The position numbers were made by a program, and so were the translations under genes. Source: a virus (lineage: Duplodnaviria; Caudoviricetes). From it: a stretch of DNA of 27,341 bases. Positions 1-9,422 of this stretch are shown here, in pieces (the stretch's first letter is position 1; the number at the start of each line of letters is the position of its first letter). The stretch is from positions 1-27,341 of IMG/VR virus record IMGVR_UViG_3300043425_001053; one strand, 5' to 3'. The notes below the pieces were generated by a model. That model was given only the letters and a program-made list of their open reading frames with translations. It searched no databases and had not been told where the DNA came from.

Positions 1-38
1 GGTACGAAAGAGATTGGATCGAGGAAAGCTTCTGCGAC

Positions 39-401
39 ATGGATATTGTAGAAGCCACCTCCCTGCTCACCGAGGTTTGTCACAAAGAGAATTCTCGGTG
101 GTGGAAAGATTTGGAGACAGGCCAGAGGATTAACAGGAATGTTGGGGAGCTTATTGCCCTTGTACATTCCGAGATGTCTGAAGCATTGGAAGCCCATAGA
201 AAAGGGCTGATGGACGACAAGCTCCCGCACCGATCTGGTGTGGAAGTGGAGTTGGCCGATGCCCTCATCCGAATCTTTGACATGGCAGGCGGTCTGCAAT
301 TGGATGTAGCTGGTGCTCTGCAAGAGAAACTGGCATACAACCGAGGACGTCGTGACCACACGCCAGAGGCACGAAGAGAGCAAGGAGGTAAGAGGTATTG
401 A
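39..401 (+). CDS. MazG-like nucleoside triphosphate pyrophosphohydrolase
   Basis: All-alpha NTP-PPase motifs ELIALVHSEMSEALEA and EVELADALIRIFD..K..YN..R. The frame is open back to the window start (YERDWIEESFCD from nt 3), so the true start may lie upstream. Confidence 0.85.
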   Translation: MDIVEATSLLTEVCHKENSRWWKDLETGQRINRNVGELIALVHSEMSEALEAHRKGLMDDKLPHRSGVEVELADALIRIFDMAGGLQLDVAGALQEKLAYNRGRRDHTPEARREQGGKRY

Positions 402-808
402 GTTATCCACAAAACAACCCAAAAGCTGCCATAGGGGCTACAAAGACCCCTCTGCACCTTGTCCCCCCTGCTCTTGTCATTGGGGCAGCGGAGGCAATGG
501 CTGACGGAGCTAGGAAATACGGGGCGTACAACTTCAGAGAGTCTGGCATTGCTGCTCATGTTTACATGGGAGCTATACTCAGACATTTGTATGCTTGGTG
601 GGATGGGGAGGATTTCACTAGAGATAGTAACATCCACCACCTGAAAGCTATAGCAGCAGATGTAGGGCTTATGCTCGACGCCATGGCCAAAGGCACCTTC
701 GTAGACGACAGGCCAACCCCAGGTGGTTCAGCGGATTTGCTGGAGCAGTGGAAACCCCCAACAACCCCAGACGTACAGGTGAACTATGACATCTCAACAA
801 CAGCCTAA
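398..808 (+). CDS. DUF5664-family (dATP/dGTP diphosphohydrolase N-terminal-like) protein
   Basis: NPK..IG..K.PLHLVP...GARKYGAYNFR...Y..AILRHL..W..GED...S..HHL signature; TTG start overlaps the upstream TGA; AGGAGG at 383-388. Confidence 0.8.
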   Translation: MSYPQNNPKAAIGATKTPLHLVPPALVIGAAEAMADGARKYGAYNFRESGIAAHVYMGAILRHLYAWWDGEDFTRDSNIHHLKAIAADVGLMLDAMAKGTFVDDRPTPGGSADLLEQWKPPTTPDVQVNYDISTTA

Positions 809-1046
809 CCACCCACTTGATGGGATGGAGCCAGCCGACTTCAACATCCGACGCTTCGAATTCGACCCCTCTTCAGTTAGGAATGTTGAGGATGTAGTTG
901 ATTTCCTCTCTAGCATGGGGCTGAAAGTTGTGTTGGTAGGCGGTACTACTTTCGAGCAACTCGGACAGAACCCAAGGTTCTGGAAAGAGATTGACGATAG
1001 CCTGACCATCAGGGAGTTTGAACGTGCAGCTGCTGCCAATATTTAA
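786..1046 (+). CDS. hypothetical protein (86 aa)
   Basis: Fills the gap between two recognisable genes in the same orientation, with short overlaps. Confidence 0.65.
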   Translation: MTSQQQPNHPLDGMEPADFNIRRFEFDPSSVRNVEDVVDFLSSMGLKVVLVGGTTFEQLGQNPRFWKEIDDSLTIREFERAAAANI

Positions 1047-1605
1047 CACGGCTGTAGCAGAACAACTACCCACAGCCACATTCTTCCCCTTGCTTAGCAA
1101 AGAGCAATGTGAGCAACTTGTTGCCACGTACAGCACAACACCTGCAGACCCAGCAAGGGTAGCAGGGGAAAGGCTTGACAAAAGCAAGAGGAGTGCTACG
1201 GTACACACAGTACCGCATGGAGAGGACAGCAAGTGGTTGTACGAGCTTGTATCCTCCCGAGTGGCTGGGTACAACCAGTTTGGGTATGAGTTCGATGTGG
1301 CAGGAATCTATCAAGACTTCCAGCTTCTGAGGTATGAGGAAGGGGACCACTACGACTGGCACCTAGACATAGGCCCAGGGATAGCAGCTCATAGAAAGCT
1401 GTCTGTAGTGATTCAACTGTCCGATCCTTCGGAGTATGAAGGGGGTAGTTTGATAGTGAACGCCGGGACTGAAAGGGAATGTCCCAAAGATCAAGGACAG
1501 ATAATTGTATTCCCTAGTTACATCTTGCACAAAGTGACGCCAGTCACCAAAGGCACTAGATGGTCTCTTGTATGCTGGGTACTAGGCAACAAGAGATTTA
1601 GGTAA
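1024..1605 (+). CDS. 2OG-Fe(II) oxygenase (prolyl-4-hydroxylase/PKHD-like)
   Basis: YDWHLD (HxD), RKLSVVIQLS, YEGG, FPS..LHKVTPVTKGTRWSLV (distal His and 2OG-binding Arg). GTG at 1024 chosen because GGGAG lies at 1012-1016. Confidence 0.9.
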   Translation: MQLLPIFNTAVAEQLPTATFFPLLSKEQCEQLVATYSTTPADPARVAGERLDKSKRSATVHTVPHGEDSKWLYELVSSRVAGYNQFGYEFDVAGIYQDFQLLRYEEGDHYDWHLDIGPGIAAHRKLSVVIQLSDPSEYEGGSLIVNAGTERECPKDQGQIIVFPSYILHKVTPVTKGTRWSLVCWVLGNKRFR

Positions 1606-1650
1606 ATAAAAAGCCCCCGTTCAGTACACCTGTTCGGGGGCTTCTTTTTA
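1604..1650. terminator. bidirectional intrinsic terminator between the convergent genome arms
   Basis: Stem AAGCCCCCG (1611-1619) / CGGGGGCTT (1635-1643), A-tract on the left and T-tract on the right, between stop codons at 1605 (+) and 1651 (-). Confidence 0.9.
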
Positions 1651-1911
1651 TTAAGGAATTATTACACCCACAGCTTCCGTAATAGTATCGGAAACAATCT
1701 CTGCTTGTGGGGTGCCATCAGTACCTATCTTAGAGAAGCTAAACTCCCACCCCTCCCCTTTACCTTCCAGCACCACCTCTTCGCTGTTGTTGAACACCAG
1801 CGACTTGCCTTCCACTATGGTGCCGTCCGGCCTTTTCACAACCAAGGTGTTGTACGAACACCCTGTCAAAAGCAGGGCAAGCACTATCACCCCGATTATA
1901 AAATACTTCAA
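1651..1911 (-). CDS. lipoprotein, possible spanin component
   Basis: Signal peptide MKYFIIGVIVLALL with lipobox LTGC; last gene of the lysis cluster. Confidence 0.7.
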   Translation of the reverse strand: MKYFIIGVIVLALLLTGCSYNTLVVKRPDGTIVEGKSLVFNNSEEVVLEGKGEGWEFSFSKIGTDGTPQAEIVSDTITEAVGVIIP

Positions 1912-2366
1912 TTGATCCTCTCCATCTTGCCATGGTCTAGTTTGTATATGGGGATGACACTCCCAACCTTTTCATCTGCAGTGTTTGTACCAAGCTGCAC
2001 ATACCTAGCCCTGAACGAGAGTAGTATTTCTTTTATCTTCCCTCTGGCCGATGGGCCACCAAGCTCTTTGATAATATGAGCCAGCTCTTTGTCAATCAAA
2101 TCATTCTCTTCCTCAGGTATCACCCCCTTGGCTATCAGCCAGTGTAGGATGTCATGCCACAAACTTCCCTCCAATATCCACTTGAAGTCAGGGAAGCTCG
2201 TAGCCCCGTCCCAAGCACACCACCTCTTTGCCGTCACCACCCTAGTCTCTGGGTCTACAGAGAAGAACTCATTCTCGTAGGCATGACGTATTGTGATGTT
2301 CTCGTGGAGTTTATGTGTGGCTGGTTCAGCCAACATATACTTAATGTTCTTATAGAAGACAATCAC
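1908..2366 (-). CDS. DUF1353-like protein
   Basis: WDGATS..D...GSLWHDILH...D motif; 4-nt overlaps with both neighbours. Confidence 0.65.
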   Translation of the reverse strand: MIVFYKNIKYMLAEPATHKLHENITIRHAYENEFFSVDPETRVVTAKRWCAWDGATSFPDFKWILEGSLWHDILHWLIAKGVIPEEENDLIDKELAHIIKELGGPSARGKIKEILLSFRARYVQLGTNTADEKVGSVIPIYKLDHGKMERIN

Positions 2367-2866
2367 AAGCCACCCTCCACCACTTGCATGTTCCAGTAGT
2401 TGAGGATGTTCCTCACGTAGTCCTTAGTCTCTTTGCTGTTCCTAGGACCAGTGACATCCTGCAAATACCTAATGATGTCAGCATACATTGGCTTGTCCCC
2501 AGACAACTTCTGCGCCTTGAGGATGTGACCAAGGCCAGCATTGTAGCTAGCCATAGCCAAGCACCACCTGTCTATGTCAGGCCTGGGTGCTTTCCACTGC
2601 TTGATAAGTCCAGCCATGTAGCAGGCCCCTGTGTAGATGGAGGCCTCAGGGTTGGTTCTATCTATACCATCATACCCAGCTTTCTCAGCCCAGTCAGCCC
2701 AAGCCATGGGGGTGAACTGAGCCACCCCCACAGCCCCAGCAGGGGACACTGCTGTGGGGTTGAGCTTTGACTCTTGCCACAGCTGAGCTTTATACAACCT
2801 CCAATCATACCCTGGCAGATACTTCTGCACAGCCTTCTGTATAACCTCGTCGTACTTGTCACTCAT
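2363..2866 (-). CDS. endolysin, SLT-family lytic transglycosylase
   Basis: QES catalytic Glu, AVSPAGAVGVAQF, ASYNAGLG and ETKDYV motifs. Confidence 0.9.
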   Translation of the reverse strand: MSDKYDEVIQKAVQKYLPGYDWRLYKAQLWQESKLNPTAVSPAGAVGVAQFTPMAWADWAEKAGYDGIDRTNPEASIYTGACYMAGLIKQWKAPRPDIDRWCLAMASYNAGLGHILKAQKLSGDKPMYADIIRYLQDVTGPRNSKETKDYVRNILNYWNMQVVEGGL

Positions 2867-3228
2867 AAAGTATTCCCACTCTCTATCTGACCAATCTCAC
2901 GTACCAGAGAGCCAAGCTCCGAACGCAGCTCACTCAACCTTTCGGCATCTCTGGGGGAGAACCCGTCACCAGATTGGGCAGCCCTCTCCAGTGTGAATAT
3001 TTGCCCCTCCACATTCTTCAACTTCAGTTCGGTGAAGCCGTAGTCTATCTTCCTGCTGAGATAGGAGAACTCAGTATCATGTTTATTCTCCAACCTCTTC
3101 AGCTCAACATCCTCGGCAAACACCCTATAGCTATACCCTATCACACCTGTGATTATAACCACAACAAGCAATGCCAGGTGTGGGTGGGTACGGCTAATTG
3201 CAATTAAGGCATCTTCCAAGAACTTCAT
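2863..3228 (-). CDS. single-TM membrane protein with coiled coil (holin or i-spanin candidate)
   Basis: Hydrophobic LALLVVVIITGVIGYSY followed by a helical coiled-coil region; directly upstream of the endolysin. Confidence 0.55.
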   Translation of the reverse strand: MKFLEDALIAISRTHPHLALLVVVIITGVIGYSYRVFAEDVELKRLENKHDTEFSYLSRKIDYGFTELKLKNVEGQIFTLERAAQSGDGFSPRDAERLSELRSELGSLVREIGQIESGNTL

Positions 3229-6200
3229 ACACCACCTCCAAGAACTTTGTTGCAGGCTGCCAAGGCCCTGCCTGTGACTAAACCACCGCCAGCAAACCCC
3301 CTCCTACCAAACAGCCTAGCCAACGGGTCTTCCTCGACGTAACTACCGCCAGCCTGCACATCATAAGGCAGGCCAGTGTACTTGTCCCTTCTAGTGGAGG
3401 GGAGGGCAGGTGCATTAGGCACCCTCACCACCCCACCCCTAGCCTTCAGCAACCTGGTGATGGGGCCTTCCTTAAGAAGAGCCTCCCCTTCCTCACTAGG
3501 CTTCCTCCAAGGAGTGGTATCCTCAAAGGTCATCAGGCTGTTGTTTTCTATAGAAGCCCTAGTCCGTCTCAGTTCAGAGACAAGCTGTTCATAGGACATT
3601 GAATGGTTGTTGCCCTCAGCATACACCTGATCTCGTATCTTAGACAAAGTGTCATCGGAGATAGGGGTGGGGTAGAACTGACCAGTGGCTATGCCCCAGA
3701 CCGTCTCCTTGTCCAGCCCCCTGTCTTCCAGAATGTTCCTAATCTTTAGGGTGTCAAGGCCTAGTACGTTAGCCGCTTCCGTCTGTTCGTACAGAATGCG
3801 TTGGGCCTCGTACCTGTCTTTGTTGATATTCACATACCTAGAGATGATGTCCTCTGGTGTTGACCGGTAGTCCACCCCCAAGGTGACGGAGTTTTCAACT
3901 ACGCCAAGGTAATCCCCTGCAACAAACTCTATGTGTTTGTCTAAGGACAACTTACCCCAAGTCAACCCTAATTGGTTAATCGCAGCCAGTTGTGGGTCGG
4001 TAGGCAACCCTGTGTACCTTTCGTATTTGTTTAAATAGGCGTCGGCAAACCTTCTAGCGCTAGTAACAAACCCTGGCTCTATTGTCTCCCAGAACAACCC
4101 TATGGTAGAGGCAGTAGAGTCTGCACCGGACATACCGTAGGAAGACAAACTTGACCCGGACCTAGTCTCCCCACTCTCAGAAGATAAGCCAACCCATGCG
4201 TTAATCAAAGCCTCTGTTACAATGGCTTCGCTGAGAAAAGGTTTTAGCGCAGCAGAAAAGAAAGCTGCACTAGACTCCATCAGCATCACATCCAACTCTT
4301 GCTTGGTCATTGTCCCTTCTTGTACCTGCCTCAGCGCAGCCTTGGCTGGCGCCCTGAAGAAGTCGTAGGGGTCAAGAGAGTTGGTGTCTGCCTTGTACAA
4401 TTCCCCAGTCTCTGCATCCCTGACAACAAACACGGTGGGGTCCTGTGACCATGGTGTGCGAGAGATGACATCAACAGCCCTTTGCTCCTCAGGGGAGGAC
4501 AGGCCTGCCAAGGTTTTAGTCAGGTCAGACAACCCCTCTGTTCCTGCACCACCAAAAGCCGTGAAGGCCGTAAGCCTCCTAAGCCCACGGGCATACAGGA
4601 CAGGGTTGCCAGAAGAAAGTTCTTCAAACCCAAGCTTGATAATGTTGTTGGAAGTACGGACGACTTCTGAGGGGAATCCCACGAAGTTACCAAAAGGCAG
4701 CGTACGAAGCTGCTTAATCGCGTTAGGGACCAAATCGTAGTTAGGTAATACATCCCTTACCACCTTGGCCGCTCGTTGCCTCAGCACCTCGTCAGGCTCG
4801 TTGGGGAAGGCTTCCTTCAACGTGGCGTAGTAATCCTCGAACTCCCCTATTTTAAAGAAGTCGTCAGTGCCCATGTACACAGCGCGAGGTGTGTTCACGG
4901 CTGTGTCGGCAACCTTACCAACAGTGGAGTTGAATTCGTCAGCCTTCCTCACGAACCAATCGCCCAACCCATTAGGGTTGTCAAGGGCGGTTTTCATCAT
5001 CTCCGAGATGTCGCCAAGTCGGACGTCAGTGTTGATGATACCAAGCCTTAGGTAGTCTTCATACACCTTCTGGGCAGCGGCATCTACGCCACCACCAATC
5101 TCGTTAGACACTGCCCTCCAAGCTTTGGTGGCTGACCCAACAGGGTTGCTACCATTTGCTGCCCTCATCATTGTCGCACCGAGCAGGTTCTTGAAGTGTG
5201 TAGTGTGGCTGTAAATTGTCTTGGCTGACTGGGACATACCCTTCCAGCCTATGAATGCCCTCAACCCCTTGCTGAAAATGTCATCGGCAGAAGGGCTGAC
5301 AAAAGACACTTGTGTGCCAGATATTGCCCTAGCCATCTCGGGAGTTGTATACCTGCCACGACCAAGGGCTTGCCCCGGCATTGCTGCCTCGGTGCCTTGC
5401 TCAACCACATCAAGGATGGTGTTGGTGCCAGTGATGGGGGTGGTGTAGATACCTTGCGGAGAGTCAAACAAGAACTTACCATCGCCAACCTCAAGCAAGT
5501 CTCTGGAGAATTGGTCAGCTTGCACGAAGCCTACAAGCTTCCTAGCACTCTGAATGACATTGTCGCCAGGATTCACAATCTCTCCGAGCAGCTTCCTTAG
5601 CTCCTCAGGTACATCTTTACGTTGGGAGAACACAGAGGTGTTCACCTTCACAGCGTCGTTGATGTAGGCATCAAGGCCCCTACCGTCCCTCTCTAGCAGG
5701 GCAACAACCCTACCTTCAGCAAGCTTGGCAGCTTCCTCAAACGGCATGCCCTGTGCCATGTTCTCATTAGTCAAAAAGTCTACAGCCTCTGATCTTGCAG
5801 TGGGGCTGGGGACATAGGACGGATTGGTGTAGGCCTCATAACTTCTGCGAAGATACTTGCCTTGACCGTCAATCAACGTCTTCTTAAATTCCTCATACAC
5901 AGCAGGGCTGTCAATCATCCTCTGTGTGAGGCCGTCTATCATGGCCCTTGCTGTGACCACTTCAGTTCTTACATCATCCGGCAGAGCTGCAATATCAGTC
6001 CTGTTCCCAGAGGTGAAGGCTTTATGCACTTTCTCCATCAGGGTGTTTGTAGCGTCTTCTACGCTACCACCGGAGGTGGATGCAAGCTGCCTAGCCATAC
6101 GATCAATAGAGGTGTTCAACCTTGTGGCGACATGGCTGGCTTCACTAATGAGGGCCCTTTGCTCAGACTGTGATTTCTGCGACATGTCGAACAAAGTCTT

Positions 6201-7517
6201 AGTCCAATAGCCACGGCTTGTGAAGGTCTGATTCCACAACCGGTTCCAAGCACCAGAGAAGGTAGAGCCAGTCTGCTGCTCTATTTGCCTAAGCTCGTCG
6301 TCGGCCAAGGTGAGTGACGTAGTGCCACGGGCAGGGGTTGCCCCGGCAGGGTTAGCAACCTCACCCTCATAAGAGTTCCAGACGGTTGCTCCGTCAGGCC
6401 TTTGGTAAGACCTCCACAACGGGTTGCCATTCTCATCCTTCACCTGCTGTACAACAGGACGACCGTCCCTGTACACAGGCCTGCCATTCTCCAGCACAGG
6501 CTCTACAACCTTCCTGGCATCTTCTTTTATCTCACGTACCATGCGGTACACAAGCTCGCCTTTCTCATTCTGCACAAGCTTGGCCACACCTTGATCAAGA
6601 GCTTTCTTTGCCTCGGGGGTATTAATCCTACGAAGCATGCCGTACAAAGTGGCAGAGCCAGCAAACATGCTAGACAGCAGGGCATCTTGCCCAGCCATCT
6701 TTATCCTTCTCACAACCTCTGGGTCTTCCTCTTCAGTGGAGAGGTAGGCAGTAAGTGTCTTCAACCCTGAGTCCCCTGGGAACATATCCTCAAGGACGTC
6801 TATAAGGTTGTCAGCGTGTGGGTCAGTGATTAGTTGGTTAACCCCAACATCTGATGCCACAGACGCTATAGTAATTCGTGAGGCAGCGCTAAGTCCCTTC
6901 AGAAGTGTGGAGCCTGCCACCCAAGAAAATCCTGCAGGCACCGCCACTACATAGGGGGCAATGGTGCCTACGAAAGTTTCTGGCCTGTCATACTCTACTT
7001 GACCTTGGTCGTTCATAGAGATGAAAGAGTTCTTGCGGGTTGTGTCTGCAGTGATGATAGACAGACCAGCAGCCACCAAAGCTTGTTGCTTGCCTTTTTC
7101 TTCTGGAGTGGCCTCAAACCCAAGTGTGTCCCTAACAGCGTTGTTGAGGGACAGCAGGCTTTGTACCGCAGGGGTGATTGCACCACCGTATACGGAACGA
7201 CGGGCCTCGTTGGCTATTGCACTAACCTTGCCCCTCGCCCTTTCCAGCATGGTGGGTTCTGTGTAAGGCTCTACGCTTTGCTCGGAGGGCACGCTCTCCC
7301 TGGCCACAGGCCCTTGTTCCGGGGCCGGTGGTTGTGGAGTATTCTGGTAAAACCTATACCCTTCATCACGAATGGGTGTGGGCGTAGACTCCCTAGGAAA
7401 ATCAGAGTCGGCAATAAGGCCAGCCGCTACAGCCTTCCTCCTCACCTCGTCTTTAGAAGTTCCTTCAGGTACATCCTTAATAATCCTGCCGTTAGGGAGT
7501 CTTACGTCCATATCCAT
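3225..7517 (-). CDS. large internal virion/ejection protein (1430 aa)
   Basis: Largest ORF, last of the internal-protein block; N-terminal VRLPNGRIIKDVPEGTS and C-terminal GG.V.VP..P....DK.TGLPY motifs that I recognise from podovirus internal proteins. Confidence 0.7.
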   Translation of the reverse strand: MDMDVRLPNGRIIKDVPEGTSKDEVRRKAVAAGLIADSDFPRESTPTPIRDEGYRFYQNTPQPPAPEQGPVARESVPSEQSVEPYTEPTMLERARGKVSAIANEARRSVYGGAITPAVQSLLSLNNAVRDTLGFEATPEEKGKQQALVAAGLSIITADTTRKNSFISMNDQGQVEYDRPETFVGTIAPYVVAVPAGFSWVAGSTLLKGLSAASRITIASVASDVGVNQLITDPHADNLIDVLEDMFPGDSGLKTLTAYLSTEEEDPEVVRRIKMAGQDALLSSMFAGSATLYGMLRRINTPEAKKALDQGVAKLVQNEKGELVYRMVREIKEDARKVVEPVLENGRPVYRDGRPVVQQVKDENGNPLWRSYQRPDGATVWNSYEGEVANPAGATPARGTTSLTLADDELRQIEQQTGSTFSGAWNRLWNQTFTSRGYWTKTLFDMSQKSQSEQRALISEASHVATRLNTSIDRMARQLASTSGGSVEDATNTLMEKVHKAFTSGNRTDIAALPDDVRTEVVTARAMIDGLTQRMIDSPAVYEEFKKTLIDGQGKYLRRSYEAYTNPSYVPSPTARSEAVDFLTNENMAQGMPFEEAAKLAEGRVVALLERDGRGLDAYINDAVKVNTSVFSQRKDVPEELRKLLGEIVNPGDNVIQSARKLVGFVQADQFSRDLLEVGDGKFLFDSPQGIYTTPITGTNTILDVVEQGTEAAMPGQALGRGRYTTPEMARAISGTQVSFVSPSADDIFSKGLRAFIGWKGMSQSAKTIYSHTTHFKNLLGATMMRAANGSNPVGSATKAWRAVSNEIGGGVDAAAQKVYEDYLRLGIINTDVRLGDISEMMKTALDNPNGLGDWFVRKADEFNSTVGKVADTAVNTPRAVYMGTDDFFKIGEFEDYYATLKEAFPNEPDEVLRQRAAKVVRDVLPNYDLVPNAIKQLRTLPFGNFVGFPSEVVRTSNNIIKLGFEELSSGNPVLYARGLRRLTAFTAFGGAGTEGLSDLTKTLAGLSSPEEQRAVDVISRTPWSQDPTVFVVRDAETGELYKADTNSLDPYDFFRAPAKAALRQVQEGTMTKQELDVMLMESSAAFFSAALKPFLSEAIVTEALINAWVGLSSESGETRSGSSLSSYGMSGADSTASTIGLFWETIEPGFVTSARRFADAYLNKYERYTGLPTDPQLAAINQLGLTWGKLSLDKHIEFVAGDYLGVVENSVTLGVDYRSTPEDIISRYVNINKDRYEAQRILYEQTEAANVLGLDTLKIRNILEDRGLDKETVWGIATGQFYPTPISDDTLSKIRDQVYAEGNNHSMSYEQLVSELRRTRASIENNSLMTFEDTTPWRKPSEEGEALLKEGPITRLLKARGGVVRVPNAPALPSTRRDKYTGLPYDVQAGGSYVEEDPLARLFGRRGFAGGGLVTGRALAACNKVLGGGV

Positions 7518-7525
7518 TCCTTAAA

Positions 7526-8860
7526 TTAAAGATCAAACCAACTGGTGGGTTCGTTACCATTCTGCTGCGTGGGGTAGATGGTTGTGGGGGTATCAACAGC
7601 CTCTGGCCTGAGTTGCGGGATTGAGTCCACTGCGGAAGATACTTTGTCCAGCAACTCCTGCATTATCTCGCTCTCTACATAACCCTCTTCCCTCATCGTA
7701 CTCACCATGTCAGACAACAATGGTCCAACCGCAGTAAAGGCAGCGCCTATGGACTCACCTATAGAGGAGGCCCTAATGTCGTCACGGAGGTTGTTTGCGT
7801 TAGAGACCACATCCTGGAACACCCGGCTTATCCTAGTGTACTCCTCTGGAGTTTTAATGTCTACATAGTTCAACCCACGTTCGTTGAGCTTCCCCACAAA
7901 CAAAGACTGTCCTGCAGGAGACAATATATCTTTTGCCATCTTCGGGTAGTCAGTCTTCTCGACCACTGCCCTGAATACCTTTTGATCGTCCTCTGGCTTA
8001 AGCACCCCATCAATCCTTTCTTGTGTCACCTTCTGGTCGATGGTGTTGCCACGGGAATCAGTGGTTGTGGTGATGGTGAAAATTCCCCAGCCTGTTCCAG
8101 CGGGGTCAGGTACTATATCTACCTTGGCTTCTACTTTGTCATTTGGCTCAAACCCAGAAGTGTTCAAAGATTTAACAAAGTTAACTGCTTGGTCGTAGCC
8201 CTGAAGCCTGTTTACTTTATTGAAGGCATCTCTTACAGACTCGTTAACAAAAGCACCTTCACTCTCCAACCTAGCCAAGCTTTCCTGCCTGAAGTCTTCT
8301 TCAGACTTGCCTTGGAACAAACCTTTAACTTTCCTCAGCAACCCCTGCCCAGCATTTGTCGGAGGGACTACAATGGAATTCACCTGAGCCATAGCAGTTT
8401 CCATGTCAGGGATGGACTGGGCTACCCTCACCGCCTCTTTGAAACCCTCGGCTTCTTGAGCTGAAAGCTCCATGGCCTTCTCTCGAAGCAGGGGGAGGTA
8501 AGACTCAGGAACGAACTGCGTGCCGTACTGTGCTTTGTATTGCTCTTCCATTACAGGCATGTAGCGGTTCTCAAGGAACCACTCTTCAGGGCTTTTACCA
8601 GCCTCTTCTATCTGCTGCTGCATGGCAGAGATTCTTTCAGCCTGTGTTACTGCTGCCCTGTACTTAGCCTTCTGGGCCAATACAGGCTCGCTTGTGAGGA
8701 ATTCTGTTGCCTTGTTGCGGAGGTGTGTGTTGACAAGGCCTATGCCCGCCTCCGCAATGGCAATCTTATAAGCCTCTCTTTTAGACTCTTTGTATTGCCT
8801 GTCGTTTCGAGTTTGCTGTCGGGTAAGCAGCGACTCTCCAAGCTCTTTAATGTCTGCCAT
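7526..8860 (-). CDS. putative internal virion protein (444 aa)
   Basis: Helical, charged sequence; position within the ejection-protein block. Confidence 0.55.
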   Translation of the reverse strand: MADIKELGESLLTRQQTRNDRQYKESKREAYKIAIAEAGIGLVNTHLRNKATEFLTSEPVLAQKAKYRAAVTQAERISAMQQQIEEAGKSPEEWFLENRYMPVMEEQYKAQYGTQFVPESYLPLLREKAMELSAQEAEGFKEAVRVAQSIPDMETAMAQVNSIVVPPTNAGQGLLRKVKGLFQGKSEEDFRQESLARLESEGAFVNESVRDAFNKVNRLQGYDQAVNFVKSLNTSGFEPNDKVEAKVDIVPDPAGTGWGIFTITTTTDSRGNTIDQKVTQERIDGVLKPEDDQKVFRAVVEKTDYPKMAKDILSPAGQSLFVGKLNERGLNYVDIKTPEEYTRISRVFQDVVSNANNLRDDIRASSIGESIGAAFTAVGPLLSDMVSTMREEGYVESEIMQELLDKVSSAVDSIPQLRPEAVDTPTTIYPTQQNGNEPTSWFDL

Positions 8861-8861
8861 A

Positions 8862-9422
8862 TTAAGGCCTCGTAATCAAACTATCTGCAACAGGCTTCTC
8901 GGCAGCCTTAGGTCTTGCCAAGATACTTTCCACCGGGGGAAGCTTCTCTATCTTCTCTTCTATCTCTTTAGGCACCATGCCAGGTGTAGACTTCTTCAAG
9001 GTCTTCTGCACCTTTTCAAACTTATTCTTCAGCTCTGACTCAACACCTCCCTCCTCATCATCGTCTTCGTTATCTATAACGAAGTCCACGCCAGCCCTCT
9101 CGGCCAGTGCCATGATGATGTAGGCTGTGGGCTCTATCAACAGCAGGAACAAATCTGGGTTCCACTTCCCTTGTTTGAAGCCTTCGTACAGCAAAACTTG
9201 TACAACTGAGATGACAGGGATGCCATTGGCCAAGGCCTCTATAAGCTGCGTATAGGTGGTCTCTTCTATGAGGCCACTGAAGATAGCCTCAAGGGCGTCT
9301 TTCTTCTTGGTGAACTCAGGAGGCCCCTCAAAAGGGGCAGGGGACTCCGGGTCATTTGTGAGAGACATTCCTGGGATTGGCCTTGCCATCTTTCCCTGAT
9401 GCTTGAGGTATCTTTCGTCCAT
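8862..9422 (-). CDS. conserved podovirus structural/assembly protein (186 aa)
   Basis: RPIPGMSLT..P...P.E.PP and G...GKWNPDL motifs; tightly coupled to neighbouring genes. Confidence 0.6.
   Translation of the reverse strand: MDERYLKHQGKMARPIPGMSLTNDPESPAPFEGPPEFTKKKDALEAIFSGLIEETTYTQLIEALANGIPVISVVQVLLYEGFKQGKWNPDLFLLLIEPTAYIIMALAERAGVDFVIDNEDDDEEGGVESELKNKFEKVQKTLKKSTPGMVPKEIEEKIEKLPPVESILARPKAAEKPVADSLITRP

Noticed and set aside
80-640. 186-aa minus strand ORF
   Set aside because: Antisense to the motif-supported MazG-like and DUF5664-like genes.
3225-7517. 1430-aa protein as a virion RNA polymerase or toxin
   Set aside because: I could not find DxDGD or T7-type polymerase motifs or a recognisable enzymatic domain.
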